Shown here piece after piece: positions 42,457 through 52,599 of a stretch of DNA of 64,000 bases. Position 1 is the stretch's first letter; each line of letters opens with the position of its first letter. The DNA comes from an uncultured bacterium (GTDB taxonomy: Bacteria > Krumholzibacteriota > Krumholzibacteriia > Krumholzibacteriales > Krumholzibacteriaceae): positions 64,001-128,000 of the forward strand of contig CAWFAD010000016.1 in the NCBI GenBank assembly GCA_963813815.1, read 5' to 3'. A program made the translations under genes and the position numbers. Below the pieces are notes generated by a model. The model made no database searches, had not been told where the DNA came from, and saw nothing but the letters and a program-made list of their open reading frames with translations.

Positions 42457-43368
42457 ATGAACAGAATTGCGGCGGCGGGAATCGCCGCGGCTCTCGCCCT
42501 CGCCTTCGCCGCGGGGTGCGGGGATCGCGGGCGGGAGACGGAGGAGCCCGGAGCGGCGAAGGGCGAAATCGTGCGGGTGGGCGGCGCCGTGCTGTCCGGC
42601 GAGGACCTCGCCGGCCTCGGCGCCGAGCGGGAGGGGGAAGCCCTCACCTTCGAGGAGCGGCGCGCCTTCGTGAGCCGCTGGGTCGACACGCAGGTCCTCT
42701 TTCAGGAAGCCGTGCGCCGCGGGCTGCGGGACGATCCCGGGGTGGGCGCGCGGCTCCGCGAGCTCGAGCAGCAGTACCTCGCCGACTACCTCGTCTTCAC
42801 GGAGCTTCGCGAGCGCGCGCACGTGAGCGAGGAGGAGATCGACGCCTACTTCGCGGCCCACGAGCGCGAGTATCTCAACGAATACCGCGTGAGCCAGATT
42901 CTGCTCGCCACCGCCGAGGACGCGGCGCGGGCGAAGGAGCTCCTCGCCACGCGGAGCTTCGAATGGGTGGCGAACCGGCACTCGATCGAAACGGGCGCGC
43001 GGCGGGGCGGCGATCTCGGCTACCTCACGAAGGGGAACATGATGCCCGAGCTCGAGGCGGTCGTCTTCGACATGGCCCCGGGCGAGGTGAGCGACGTCGT
43101 CAAATCGGATTTCGGCTACCACATCTTCAAGCTCGTCGACGCGCGCGAGGCCCTCGTCGCCGTGGGGATCGAGGACGTCCGCGAGCAGATCATGAACACG
43201 CTCATGCTCGAGAAGCGCACGCGCGCGTACCGCGAGCTGCTCGACGCGCTCAAGGCGAAGGCGTCGATCTCGTACCGGGACGCCGCGTACGAGCGCGGAC
43301 TGATGCTCGAGCCGGAGCCGGATACCCTCGGATTCGAGGAGACGACCGACACGACGGTGACGCCCTGA
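42457..43368 (+). CDS. Parvulin PPIase lipoprotein
   Basis: AAGC lipobox; GGDLGY, SDFGYHIFK. Confidence 0.88.
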   Translation: MNRIAAAGIAAALALAFAAGCGDRGRETEEPGAAKGEIVRVGGAVLSGEDLAGLGAEREGEALTFEERRAFVSRWVDTQVLFQEAVRRGLRDDPGVGARLRELEQQYLADYLVFTELRERAHVSEEEIDAYFAAHEREYLNEYRVSQILLATAEDAARAKELLATRSFEWVANRHSIETGARRGGDLGYLTKGNMMPELEAVVFDMAPGEVSDVVKSDFGYHIFKLVDAREALVAVGIEDVREQIMNTLMLEKRTRAYRELLDALKAKASISYRDAAYERGLMLEPEPDTLGFEETTDTTVTP

Positions 43369-43388
43369 GGGCGTTCGAGGAGGAAACG

Positions 43389-44726
43389 ATGCATCGATCG
43401 GGCATGGCGGCCGCCGCCGCGGCTTGGATCCTCGTCGCCGGTCTCGCGGGCCCGGCTGCGGCCGGAGCCGCCGCGAGCGACACCGCCGGGGCGTGGAGCG
43501 GCCTCATCGACCGCGTCGTCGCGACGGTCGAGGACCGGGCCATACTCAAGAGCGACGTCGACAACGAGCTCAAGCGCATTCTCATGCAGACGCAGCGAAC
43601 CGAGGTCCCTCCGAGCGAGGAGAAGACGATCCGCGCGGAGATTCTCGAGGGGCTCGTCGCCGAGGCCCTGCTCGCGATACAGGCCGAGCGGGATCAGATC
43701 ACGGTGGAGGACGCCGAAGTCGAGGCGCGCGTGAACCAGATAATCGAGCAATTCAAAACGAGCCTCGGCGGCGACGAAGCCTTTGAGCGGCAGCTCGCGG
43801 CCGAGGGGCTCACGCTCGAGGGGCTCAAGGCGATCCACCGCGAGAGGGAGCGCACGCGGATGATCATCAACCGCTTCGCCATGCAGAAGGTCGGCGGCGA
43901 CATTCGCGTCTCCGATCGCGAGGTGCGCGACTACTACCGCGAGCACGTGGCCGAGCTGCCGAAGCGCCCGCCGACGGTGAACCTCGCGCACATCCTCGTC
44001 GTTCCCAAGCCGTCGGAGGCGGTGGTGGCCGCCGCGCTCGAGAAAATCGCCGAGCTCGAGAAACGGCTCGCGGCCGGCGCCGATTTCGCCGAGCTCGCCC
44101 GCGAGAAGAGCGACTGCCCGAGCTCCAAGTTCGGAGGAAGCCTCGGAACGATTCGTCTCGAGGATCTCAACAACCCGGCCTTCGAGGAGGCGGCGCGCGG
44201 TCTCGCGCCCGGCGAGACGAGCCCCCCGGTTCGCACCGAGTTCGGCTATCACCTCATCAGGGTCGAGGCCGTCGAGGGGGATAAAATGACGCTGCGCCAC
44301 ATCCTCGCGCGCGCCGAGGCCACGCCGGCGGATCTCGAGATCGCGGCCGGACGGGCCGAGAGCATTCGCGCGGAAATCGCGGCCGGCGCCGATTTCATCG
44401 AGAGCGCGGCGAAGCACTCCGACGACGCCGCCACGAAAGAGGCGGGAGGCGTTCTCGGCGAGGTGCCGATCGAGAACCTCCCCGAGACCGTGCGGGAGAC
44501 GCTGCGGGGCGTTCCCGCCGGGCAGGTGGCGCCCGTCGTCAAGGACGCGAAGGGATTCCGCGTCCTCAAGGTGATTTCCTGGGACGAGGGGCGGGCCTAC
44601 TCCCTCGACGAGGCGAAGGACGAGCTCCGGCGCTACATCGAGCAGGACAAGCTCGAGCGGCGAATGGGCGAGTACGTCGAGGAGCTCAAGAAAACCTACT
44701 CCGTGGAGATCCGGGGCGAAGCCTGA
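43389..44726 (+). CDS. surA: SurA-like chaperone/PPIase
   Basis: IDRVVATV..ILKSD N-domain plus two parvulin domains; close to pdxA. Confidence 0.8.
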   Translation: MHRSGMAAAAAAWILVAGLAGPAAAGAAASDTAGAWSGLIDRVVATVEDRAILKSDVDNELKRILMQTQRTEVPPSEEKTIRAEILEGLVAEALLAIQAERDQITVEDAEVEARVNQIIEQFKTSLGGDEAFERQLAAEGLTLEGLKAIHRERERTRMIINRFAMQKVGGDIRVSDREVRDYYREHVAELPKRPPTVNLAHILVVPKPSEAVVAAALEKIAELEKRLAAGADFAELAREKSDCPSSKFGGSLGTIRLEDLNNPAFEEAARGLAPGETSPPVRTEFGYHLIRVEAVEGDKMTLRHILARAEATPADLEIAAGRAESIRAEIAAGADFIESAAKHSDDAATKEAGGVLGEVPIENLPETVRETLRGVPAGQVAPVVKDAKGFRVLKVISWDEGRAYSLDEAKDELRRYIEQDKLERRMGEYVEELKKTYSVEIRGEA

Positions 44727-44737
44727 CGGGAACAGCG

Positions 44738-45019
44738 ATGCGGATCGATCTCCTCCTCAAGGCGCTCTGTCTCGTCAAAACGCGGAGCCAGGCCCGCAAG
44801 GGGTGCGAGGCGGGGTGCGTGACGCTGAACGGCAAGCGGGCGAAACCGGCCGCGGAGACGCGCGCGGGGGATCTCATCGAGATTCGCTACCCGCGCAGAA
44901 TCCTCGCCGTCGAGATTCTGGAAATGCCGCCCGCGCGGACCGCGCGCCGCGAGAGCGGATTGTACTACCGCGTGCTCCGCGAGCACGCGATCGAGGGGGG
45001 CGGAGACTGGGATGACTGA
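44738..45019 (+). CDS. S4-domain RNA-binding protein (RqcP/Hsp15-like)
   Basis: MRIDLLLK..LVKTRSQA..C.AG.V.LNG..AKP; 93 aa. Confidence 0.85.
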   Translation: MRIDLLLKALCLVKTRSQARKGCEAGCVTLNGKRAKPAAETRAGDLIEIRYPRRILAVEILEMPPARTARRESGLYYRVLREHAIEGGGDWDD

Positions 45020-46034
45020 CACGAGGGTCCGGCTCGCTCTCACGGTCGGGGATCCCGGCGGCATCGGCCCCGAGATCGTCGCGGCGCTGCTCGCCCAGCG
45101 GAAGCTCGGAGCGGCGAACGTCTACGTCATCGGAGCGTACGCGGCGCTCGCCGACTGGCTCGCGCTTCCCGCCTGCAAGGGGGCGCGCGTCATCCCGTAC
45201 ACCGAGGCCTCCCGCGTCGCGGAGCCCGAATCGTTCCCCGTCTTCATCGACACCGGCGGCGACGCGCGCTTCGCGCGGGGGCGGGCGAGCGCCGAAGGGG
45301 GGCGGGCGTCGGGACTCGCCGTCGAAACGGCGGCGTTTCTCGCCAAGCGCGGCCTCATCGAGGGGATCGTCACCGGCCCCATCTCGAAGGAGGCGCTCCA
45401 GAAGGGCGGCTACGGTTTCCGCGGGCACACCGACATGCTCATGAGCCTCTTCGGCGCCCACGAGGCGCAGATGATGATGGTCGCCGGCGCGCTCCGCATC
45501 GTCATTCTCACCCGCGACATGCCGCTCCGCGAGGCTCCCGGGGCGGTGACGGCGGAGCGCCTGCGCGCCGGAGTGCGGATCACCGCCGAGGCCCTCGACG
45601 AGCTCTGGAACGTCGAACGGCCGAGGATCGCGGTCGCCTCCCTCAATCCGCACAGCGGCGACGGCGGCGTCCTCGGCGACGAGGAGCTCGTGACGATCAT
45701 CCCCGCCCTGAAGGAGCTCCGCCGCGCCGGCATCGCCGTCGACGGGCCGTTCCCCGCCGATACAATGTTTTACAAATGGGAGGATAAAGGGTACGATGCG
45801 TACGTGGCGCTCTACCACGACCAGGGGATGATTCCGTTCAAGCTGGCCGGGTTCGAGCGCGGCGTCAACATGACGATCGGGCTGCCCGTCGTGCGGACCT
45901 CCGTCTGCCACGGAACGGCCTTCGATCTCGCGGGGAGCGGAACCGCCGGCACGGGAAGCCTCGAGAGCGCCTTCGCGCTCGCCATCGAGTGCTGTCTCGC
46001 GCGGAGGCGCCGTCGCGGCGCGCCGCCCCCGTAG
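45012..46034 (+). CDS. pdxA: 4-hydroxythreonine-4-phosphate dehydrogenase
   Basis: GDPGGIGPEI, GHTD, LNPHSG, YHDQG, RTSVCHGTAFD. Confidence 0.95.
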   Translation: MTDTRVRLALTVGDPGGIGPEIVAALLAQRKLGAANVYVIGAYAALADWLALPACKGARVIPYTEASRVAEPESFPVFIDTGGDARFARGRASAEGGRASGLAVETAAFLAKRGLIEGIVTGPISKEALQKGGYGFRGHTDMLMSLFGAHEAQMMMVAGALRIVILTRDMPLREAPGAVTAERLRAGVRITAEALDELWNVERPRIAVASLNPHSGDGGVLGDEELVTIIPALKELRRAGIAVDGPFPADTMFYKWEDKGYDAYVALYHDQGMIPFKLAGFERGVNMTIGLPVVRTSVCHGTAFDLAGSGTAGTGSLESAFALAIECCLARRRRRGAPPP

Positions 46035-46049
46035 CGCAGGGCGGCGCGG

Positions 46050-46835
46050 ATGGATCAGGAACAGAGAATCATCGTCGGGATCTACCACCTCTCGAAAAAC
46101 TTCGGGAAGCACTTCAGTCTCCGCGACGTCAACCTCCAGGTGGCGAACGGGGAGTTCGTCTTTCTCGTGGGGCCGAGCGGCGCGGGGAAGAGCACCCTGC
46201 TGCGCATGATCTACATGGACGATTTCCCCGACGCGGGGCAGGTCGTCGTGGGGCCGCACGTGTCGACGCGCATGAAGGCCGGCACGATCGCGGAGCTCCG
46301 CCGCAAGACCGGCATCGTCTTTCAGGATTTCCGCCTCCTCCCCGACAAGACCGTGTTCGAAAACGTCGCGCTCGCGCTCAAGGTCACGGGGGCGGGGCTC
46401 GGCGAGATCAAGAAGCAGGTCACCGAGATCCTCATGCGGGTCGGCCTCTACCACAAGCGATACGACTTTCCGCACGAGCTCTCGGGCGGAGAGCAGCAGC
46501 GCGTGGCCATCGCGAGGGCCATCGCGAACCGTCCGGCCGTGCTGCTCGCCGACGAGCCGACGGGCAATCTCGACGCCGTGGTCACGAAGAGCATTCTCGA
46601 TCTGCTGTTCAAGATCAACGCCGGCGGCACCGCCGTGCTCATGGCCACCCACGACCTCGAGCTCGTCAAGAGCTTCGGCCAGCGGATCATCTACCTCGAG
46701 GAAGGCCGCGTCGTGAAGGACAGCGAGATGATCTACGTCGGCGACCTGCGCAAGCGGATCGACGGGTCGGCCCTCGACCGGCGCGCGGAGGGGCTCGAGG
46801 GGCGCGACATCCGCGGGGGGGAGGAGAGGCGTTGA
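46050..46835 (+). CDS. ftsE: Cell division ATP-binding protein FtsE
   Basis: GPSGAGKST, VFQDFRLL, LSGGEQQR, ADEPTGNLD. Confidence 0.92.
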   Translation: MDQEQRIIVGIYHLSKNFGKHFSLRDVNLQVANGEFVFLVGPSGAGKSTLLRMIYMDDFPDAGQVVVGPHVSTRMKAGTIAELRRKTGIVFQDFRLLPDKTVFENVALALKVTGAGLGEIKKQVTEILMRVGLYHKRYDFPHELSGGEQQRVAIARAIANRPAVLLADEPTGNLDAVVTKSILDLLFKINAGGTAVLMATHDLELVKSFGQRIIYLEEGRVVKDSEMIYVGDLRKRIDGSALDRRAEGLEGRDIRGGEERR

Positions 46836-47701
46836 ACGGGGCGCAGATCGGCTACGTGTTCGACGAGGCCGCGACGATGCTCCGGCGGCACACGGCCGCC
46901 AACGTCGTCTCGGTGGTCATCATGGGGCTCTCGCTCCTCATTCTCGTCGTCTTTCTCCTCATCACGATCAATGTGCAGGCCGTGATCGACCGGGCCGGCG
47001 ACGAGATGCGCGTCTACGTCTACCTCGCGGACGGCACCGGCGCGGCGGAGCGGAACGAGATCCAGATGCGGCTTCTCGGCCTCCCCGGCGTCGAGGAGGT
47101 CCTGTTCGTGTCGCGCGAGGAGGCCCTGAGCTCCTTCCGCGAGATGCTCGGGAACGACCGGGACGTGCTCGACGCGCTCGAGAGCAATCCGCTTCCCGAC
47201 GCCTTCCGCGTGAAGGTGAAGGCCGAGTACATACGGAGCGACCGCCTCGAGGCGATGGCCCGGGACGTCGAGGGGTGGAGCGGCGTCGAGGAGGCCCGCT
47301 ACGGCGAGCGGTGGATCGAGCGGGGGGAGAAGCTCGTCAAAGGCTTTTACGCGGCCGATCTCTTCATCGGGCTCATCATCCTCCTCTCCGTCGTCTTCGT
47401 CATAGCGAACACGGTCCGGCTCACCGTCATCTCGCGGCAGCGCACGATCGAGGTCACCAAGCTCGTCGGAGGCACGAACGCTTACGTCCGGATACCGTTT
47501 CTCGTCGAGGGCGCGGTGCAGGGAGCGGTCTCCGCGGGGCTCGCCGTGGGGCTCGCGGCCGTCATTCACGCCGTGGTGCGGGGGCGCCTCCCGGGGCTCC
47601 TCTTCCTCGGGGGGGACGCGATCGCGGCCTTCGTATTCTTCTGTATGCTTCTCGGGGCGCTCGTCAGCTTCGGGGCGATGCGGCGGCTCCTGCGGTTCTA
47701 G
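46832..47701 (+). CDS. ftsX: Cell division permease FtsX
   Basis: TTG start overlapping the ftsE stop; SREEAL, NPLPDA, NTVRL, PFLVEG. Confidence 0.92.
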   Translation: MNGAQIGYVFDEAATMLRRHTAANVVSVVIMGLSLLILVVFLLITINVQAVIDRAGDEMRVYVYLADGTGAAERNEIQMRLLGLPGVEEVLFVSREEALSSFREMLGNDRDVLDALESNPLPDAFRVKVKAEYIRSDRLEAMARDVEGWSGVEEARYGERWIERGEKLVKGFYAADLFIGLIILLSVVFVIANTVRLTVISRQRTIEVTKLVGGTNAYVRIPFLVEGAVQGAVSAGLAVGLAAVIHAVVRGRLPGLLFLGGDAIAAFVFFCMLLGALVSFGAMRRLLRF

Positions 47702-47713
47702 CGGCGGATCACG

Positions 47714-48922
47714 ATGCGTATCGCGAAACGGCATATGCGCTCGATCGTGGCGGCGGCGGCGCTGGCCCTGCTCCTCGCGGGAGCCGGTCCGGCGGCGGCG
47801 CAGGAGCAGGATCAGGATCTCGACGGGCAGCTCCGGGCCAAGGACTCCGAGCTTCAGAAGCTCCGCGAGGAGATCGCCGAGCAGCGGCGGCTCATCGCCG
47901 AGGTGGAGAAGAAGGAAAAGGACGCCGCCGGCTACCTCAAGAAGCTCGAGCGCGAGGAGCGCCTCACGAAGCGGCTTCTCGGCGGGCTCAACGACAAGGA
48001 ATCGATGCTCGAGCGGCAGGTGGCCAAGCTGAGGAACGATCTCGAGTACAGCGAGGCGGTGTACCGGCGGCGCCTCGAGATCCTCGCGCGCCGGCTGCGC
48101 GATCTCTACAAGGACGGCTCGCAGCTCGCGTGGCAGGAGCTTCTCGGCGCGGCGAGCTTCGACGATCTCCTCAACCGCTACAAGTATCTCGCCGCCGTCG
48201 CCGAGCACGACGCGAATCTCGTCGAGGACGTACGCGAGCGCAAGACGACGATGGCGCGGCAGGAGGCGGGCATCACCGAGACGCTCGCGCAGGTGAGCAT
48301 GGCGCGAAGGGAAAAGGAGACGGAGCTCGCGCGCCTGCGCGAGAACGAGCGCAAGCGCCAGCGGAGCCTTTCCGATCTCAAAACGAGCAAGACGAAGTAT
48401 CAGAAGCGCATCGACGAGCTCGCGAAGGCGGAGCGGGAGATCCTCTCCATCATCGAAAATCTCGAGCGCGCCCGCACGACGGCGGCCCCTGCCGTCGAGG
48501 CGGCGTACGCGGAAAAGGACTTCGCCTCCCTCAAGGGGCGCATGGCGGCCCCGGTCGCGGGGCGGACGGTCCGGGGCTTCGGAAAGTCCAAGCATCCCGA
48601 GTTCGGGACGGTGACGAACAACACCGGCGTCGACATCGAGACCCGGGCCGGCTCGCCCGTGCGCGCCGTCGCCCGCGGCAAGGTGGAGTACGCGAGCCTG
48701 CTCCCCGGCTTCGGCAACTGCATCATCGTCGCGCACGGATCGGGGTATTACACGCTCTACGCGCATGTATCGAAGATATTCGTGAAACGCGGGGCCACGG
48801 TGAGCGGGGGCGATCTCGTCGCGGAGACCGGAGACGCCGCCTCGGGGGCCGCCTCGCAGTTTCATTTCGAAATACGCAAATCAAAGACGCCGCTCGATCC
48901 GGCGCAGTGGCTCCAGCGATGA
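47714..48922 (+). CDS. envC: EnvC-like murein hydrolase activator
   Basis: Signal peptide, long coiled coil, degenerate M23 domain (NTGVD, QFHFE); follows ftsEX. Confidence 0.85.
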   Translation: MRIAKRHMRSIVAAAALALLLAGAGPAAAQEQDQDLDGQLRAKDSELQKLREEIAEQRRLIAEVEKKEKDAAGYLKKLEREERLTKRLLGGLNDKESMLERQVAKLRNDLEYSEAVYRRRLEILARRLRDLYKDGSQLAWQELLGAASFDDLLNRYKYLAAVAEHDANLVEDVRERKTTMARQEAGITETLAQVSMARREKETELARLRENERKRQRSLSDLKTSKTKYQKRIDELAKAEREILSIIENLERARTTAAPAVEAAYAEKDFASLKGRMAAPVAGRTVRGFGKSKHPEFGTVTNNTGVDIETRAGSPVRAVARGKVEYASLLPGFGNCIIVAHGSGYYTLYAHVSKIFVKRGATVSGGDLVAETGDAASGAASQFHFEIRKSKTPLDPAQWLQR

Positions 48923-49001
48923 CGGGCCACGGAAAGGTGCGACCATAGACATTCTCGCCGCCGCGGATGCGATAGCGGGGGCCTCGCCGCGCGTCGGATC
49001 G

Positions 49002-50105
49002 ATGATCGACGGACTGGCGGCCTCGGGAAAGCTCCCGCCCGCCCTTCTCTTCGCGGGCCCCGAGGGCGCGGGGAAGGAGCTCATGGCGCTCCGGCTCGCG
49101 GCGCGGCTCAACTGCGACGTGGGGCGGGGCGGGGGCGCGGCGGAGACGGCGGGTCTCTTCGGAGAAGATCCGGGGGCCGCGGCGGCCGGGGCGGCGTGCG
49201 GCGCCGGAGCGCGCTGCCGGGCCTGCGCGAAAATCCGCTCGTTCGAGCATCCCGACCTCCACCTCATCCATCCCGTGCCCTCCGGCGAATGGGAGAAGGA
49301 TCTCGCCGCCGTCATCGAGAGCCGCCGCGAGGATTTCTTCGCGTACGGCGAGTTCGGGACGCGCGCCCGGAGCGTCGGCATCGATCTCATCCGCCACGTG
49401 ATCGAGGCGCTCTCGAAGCAGCCCTTCGAGGGGCGCCGCTCCGTCGTCGTCGTGTTCGAGGCGCATCTCGCGACGACCGAGGCCCAGAACGCCCTTCTCA
49501 AGACGCTCGAGGAGCCCCCTCCCTCCGCCGTGATCGTGCTCGTTACGGAGTTTCCGGACCGGCTCCTTCCGACGATTCTCTCGCGCTGCCACGAGATCCG
49601 CTTCGGCCCGCTCCCGGTCGAGGCGGTCGCGGATATGCTCGAGCGGTTCCGCTCGGTCGAGCGGGAGGAGGCCCGGCGGATCGCGGCGATCGCGCAGGGG
49701 AACCTCCGCCGCGCCGTCAAGCTGCTCGAGGAGCGGTTTCTCGCGCTCTGGCGGGACGCGGCGGGTGTCGCGAGGCTCGTGGTCGACGGAAAAGGTACCG
49801 AGCTCCTCGCCGAGGCCGAGGGGCTCGCGCGGCGGTACTCGCGCGAGGAGGCGAGGGATCTGCTCGAGGAGCTGGCGCTGCTCCTCGGCCTCGCCCTGCG
49901 GGGGCGCGAGGGAAGGCTCGACGCCGCCGGGGAAGCGGCCCTGCGAGAGGCCCTCGGCGCCGAACGGACCGCCCGGGCGGCCTCGCGCGACCTCATCGGG
50001 GACCTGCGGAAGGTCGCCGCGGCCATGGAGAGCCTCCGCCGGAACGCCGATATTGATCTCACGCTCGCTCACCTCCTCCTTGATTTGACCGGCACGTGGT
50101 ATTAG
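49002..50105 (+). CDS. holB: DNA polymerase III delta' subunit (true start possibly 48919 via an indel)
   Basis: LLFAGPEGAGK, Cys cluster, HPDL, AQNALLKTLEEP, LPTILSRC. Confidence 0.9.
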   Translation: MIDGLAASGKLPPALLFAGPEGAGKELMALRLAARLNCDVGRGGGAAETAGLFGEDPGAAAAGAACGAGARCRACAKIRSFEHPDLHLIHPVPSGEWEKDLAAVIESRREDFFAYGEFGTRARSVGIDLIRHVIEALSKQPFEGRRSVVVVFEAHLATTEAQNALLKTLEEPPPSAVIVLVTEFPDRLLPTILSRCHEIRFGPLPVEAVADMLERFRSVEREEARRIAAIAQGNLRRAVKLLEERFLALWRDAAGVARLVVDGKGTELLAEAEGLARRYSREEARDLLEELALLLGLALRGREGRLDAAGEAALREALGAERTARAASRDLIGDLRKVAAAMESLRRNADIDLTLAHLLLDLTGTWY

Positions 50106-50106
50106 A

Positions 50107-50970
50107 TTGAACGACATGGAAATAGTCGAAGTGCAATTCAAGGCCCAGCGCAAGGAGTTCTTCCGGAACGTCAAGGCCCTCTACCTGCGGACGTCGAACC
50201 ACTGCATCGTGCAGGCGGACCGCGGCGAGGACATGGGGCTCATCATTTCGATCACCCGCGCCGAGCCGAGCGAGATCGAGACCGACCTCAAGGAGGTGCT
50301 CCGCCACGCGACCGAGCAGGACGTGACGCGCCTCGCCGAGATACGGGCCAAGGAGACCGAGGCCCTCAGGGTCTGCCAGCAGAAGGCCTCCGAGCACCAG
50401 CTCCCGATGAAGCTCGTCGACGTCGAGTATCAGTTCGACGGCAACAAGATCACCTTTTACTTCACCTCCGAGGGGCGGATCGATTTCCGCGAGCTCGTCA
50501 AGGATCTCGCCGGCCTGTTCCGCACGCGCATCGATCTCCGGCAGATCGGGGTCCGCGACGAGGCGCGCCGGTTCGACGGGATGGGGATGTGCGGGCGCCG
50601 CCTCTGCTGCGCCACGTGGCTCAAGGACTTCGAGCCCGTGACCCTCAAGATGGCCAAGGATCAAAATCTCCCGCTCACGCCGTCGAAGATCTCGGGCGCC
50701 TGCGGGCGCCTCATGTGCTGCCTCGATTACGAGCTCGAGTACTACAAGGAGCTCACGAAGGAGATCCCGAAGATCGGGAGCAAGGTGAACGTGTTCGGCG
50801 GCGAGCACCGCATCGAGAAGGTGGACATTTTCAACCGTTCGGTGATGCTCACCGACGCCGACCGGAACATGGTATCGGTGCAGCTCGAGCTGCTGCAGGA
50901 AGAGCTTCGCAGGGAGCCGCCGCCGGAGAACAAGCCGGAGGCGGAGCCGCCGAAGCCCGCCGGCAAGTGA
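50107..50970 (+). CDS. ricT: PSP1/RicT (YaaT) family protein
   Basis: FYFTSEGRIDFRELVKDL, RQIGVRDEA, CGRRLCC, SGACGRLMCCL.YE. Confidence 0.92.
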   Translation: MNDMEIVEVQFKAQRKEFFRNVKALYLRTSNHCIVQADRGEDMGLIISITRAEPSEIETDLKEVLRHATEQDVTRLAEIRAKETEALRVCQQKASEHQLPMKLVDVEYQFDGNKITFYFTSEGRIDFRELVKDLAGLFRTRIDLRQIGVRDEARRFDGMGMCGRRLCCATWLKDFEPVTLKMAKDQNLPLTPSKISGACGRLMCCLDYELEYYKELTKEIPKIGSKVNVFGGEHRIEKVDIFNRSVMLTDADRNMVSVQLELLQEELRREPPPENKPEAEPPKPAGK

Positions 50971-50996
50971 CGGACGCGACCCCCGGACGAGGACGT

Positions 50997-52532
50997 ATGG
51001 CCGAACGATTCTACATCACGACGGCGATCGACTACGTGAACCAGAAGCCGCATCTCGGCACGGCGTACGAGAAGATCGGCGCCGACTGCATGGCGCGGTA
51101 CAAACGCCTCGCGGGGTTCGACGTGCGGTTCCTCATGGGAAACGACGAGCACTCGACGAACGTCGAGCGCGAGGCGCGGCAGCGCGGGCTCGATCCCGTC
51201 GAGTACTGCCGCATGATGTCGAACGAGTTCACGTCCGTCTGGAAGGCCCTCGACATCTCGTACGACGACTTCATCCACACGACCGAGGAGCGCCACAAGC
51301 GCTCCGTGCGGGAGCTCTTCGAGCGCATCCACCGCAACGGCTACATCTACAAGGGAAAATACGAGGGCTTCTACTGCGAGTCGTGCGAGGAGTTCATCGT
51401 CGAGAAGGATCTCGTCGACGGGCTCTGCCCGCGCCACAAGCAGGCCCCGAAGGTCATCCACGAGGAGAACTGGTTCTTCGCCCTCTCGCGTTTTCAGGAG
51501 CCGTTGCTGCGGCACTTCGAGCGAAATCCCGGCTTCGTCCGCCCGCAGATCCGCCGCAATGAGGTCATGAACGTCATCACGGGCGGACTCGACGACGTCT
51601 CGATATCGCGCGCCGGCAAAACGTGGGGCATCCCGCTTCCCATCGACGCCACGCACGTGATCTACGTCTGGTTCGACGCGCTCACGAACTACATCTCGGC
51701 GCTCGGCTTCGGCGGCGGCGACCTCTCGCTCTTCGACCGCTACTGGCCGGCGGACGTCCACGTGATCGGCAAGGACATCACGCGTTTTCACTGCATCATC
51801 TGGCCCGCGATGCTCATGGCGGGGGGCGTCGAACCGCCGCGCTCGGTGTTCGCGCACGGCTTCATCTCGCTCTCCGGCGAAAAGATGAGCAAGACGCGGG
51901 GCAACATCATCGATCCCGTCGGCATGGCGGGGGCCTACGGCGCGGACGCGCTGCGGTATCTCCTCCTGCGCGAGGTTCCCTTCGACCGCGACGGGGACGT
52001 CTCGTCCGAGGTGTTTCTCGCCCGCTACAACGCCGATCTCGCGAACGACGTCGGGAATCTCCTCAGCCGGACCGTCGTCATGATATCGAAGTACCTCGGC
52101 GGCGCCGTCGAGCGGGGGCCGGTCGGAGAGGGATCCGAGCTCGGCGGCGAGCTCGTCCGCGCGCTCGGGGCCTACCGCGCCCACATGGACGCGATGGAGT
52201 TCTCGCGGGCGCTCGGCGCCTACTGGAGCGTCATCCAGCGCGCGAACCGATTCATCGAGGAACGCCGCCCGTGGGATCTCGCCAAGGATCCCGCGCGGCG
52301 CGACGAGCTCGAGGAGACCTTCCGCGGGCTGCTCGCGGTTCTGCGGGCGACGGGCGTCGTGCTCCTGCCCTTCATGCCCGCCAAGATGCGGGAGCTGCTC
52401 GCGGCGCTCGGCGCGGAGCGGCTCACGCTCGCCGATCTTCCCGAGCGCGAGGTCGGCGCGGCGGGGCTCGCGCCGCTCTCGCCGCTCTTCCCGCGCATCA
52501 AGCCCGAGGACGCGGGGCGCGCCGCCGGCTGA
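50997..52532 (+). CDS. metG: Methionyl-tRNA synthetase (short form)
   Basis: FYITTAIDYVN.KPHLG, CESCE..CPRH, YVWFDAL, GKDI, KMSK. Confidence 0.96.
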   Translation: MAERFYITTAIDYVNQKPHLGTAYEKIGADCMARYKRLAGFDVRFLMGNDEHSTNVEREARQRGLDPVEYCRMMSNEFTSVWKALDISYDDFIHTTEERHKRSVRELFERIHRNGYIYKGKYEGFYCESCEEFIVEKDLVDGLCPRHKQAPKVIHEENWFFALSRFQEPLLRHFERNPGFVRPQIRRNEVMNVITGGLDDVSISRAGKTWGIPLPIDATHVIYVWFDALTNYISALGFGGGDLSLFDRYWPADVHVIGKDITRFHCIIWPAMLMAGGVEPPRSVFAHGFISLSGEKMSKTRGNIIDPVGMAGAYGADALRYLLLREVPFDRDGDVSSEVFLARYNADLANDVGNLLSRTVVMISKYLGGAVERGPVGEGSELGGELVRALGAYRAHMDAMEFSRALGAYWSVIQRANRFIEERRPWDLAKDPARRDELEETFRGLLAVLRATGVVLLPFMPAKMRELLAALGAERLTLADLPEREVGAAGLAPLSPLFPRIKPEDAGRAAG

Positions 52533-52599
52533 CGGCGCGGGGAAACGCGCTCGGGCGCCTCGCGGGCGCCGCGGCCGACCCCCGAGAACGGACACGCGC

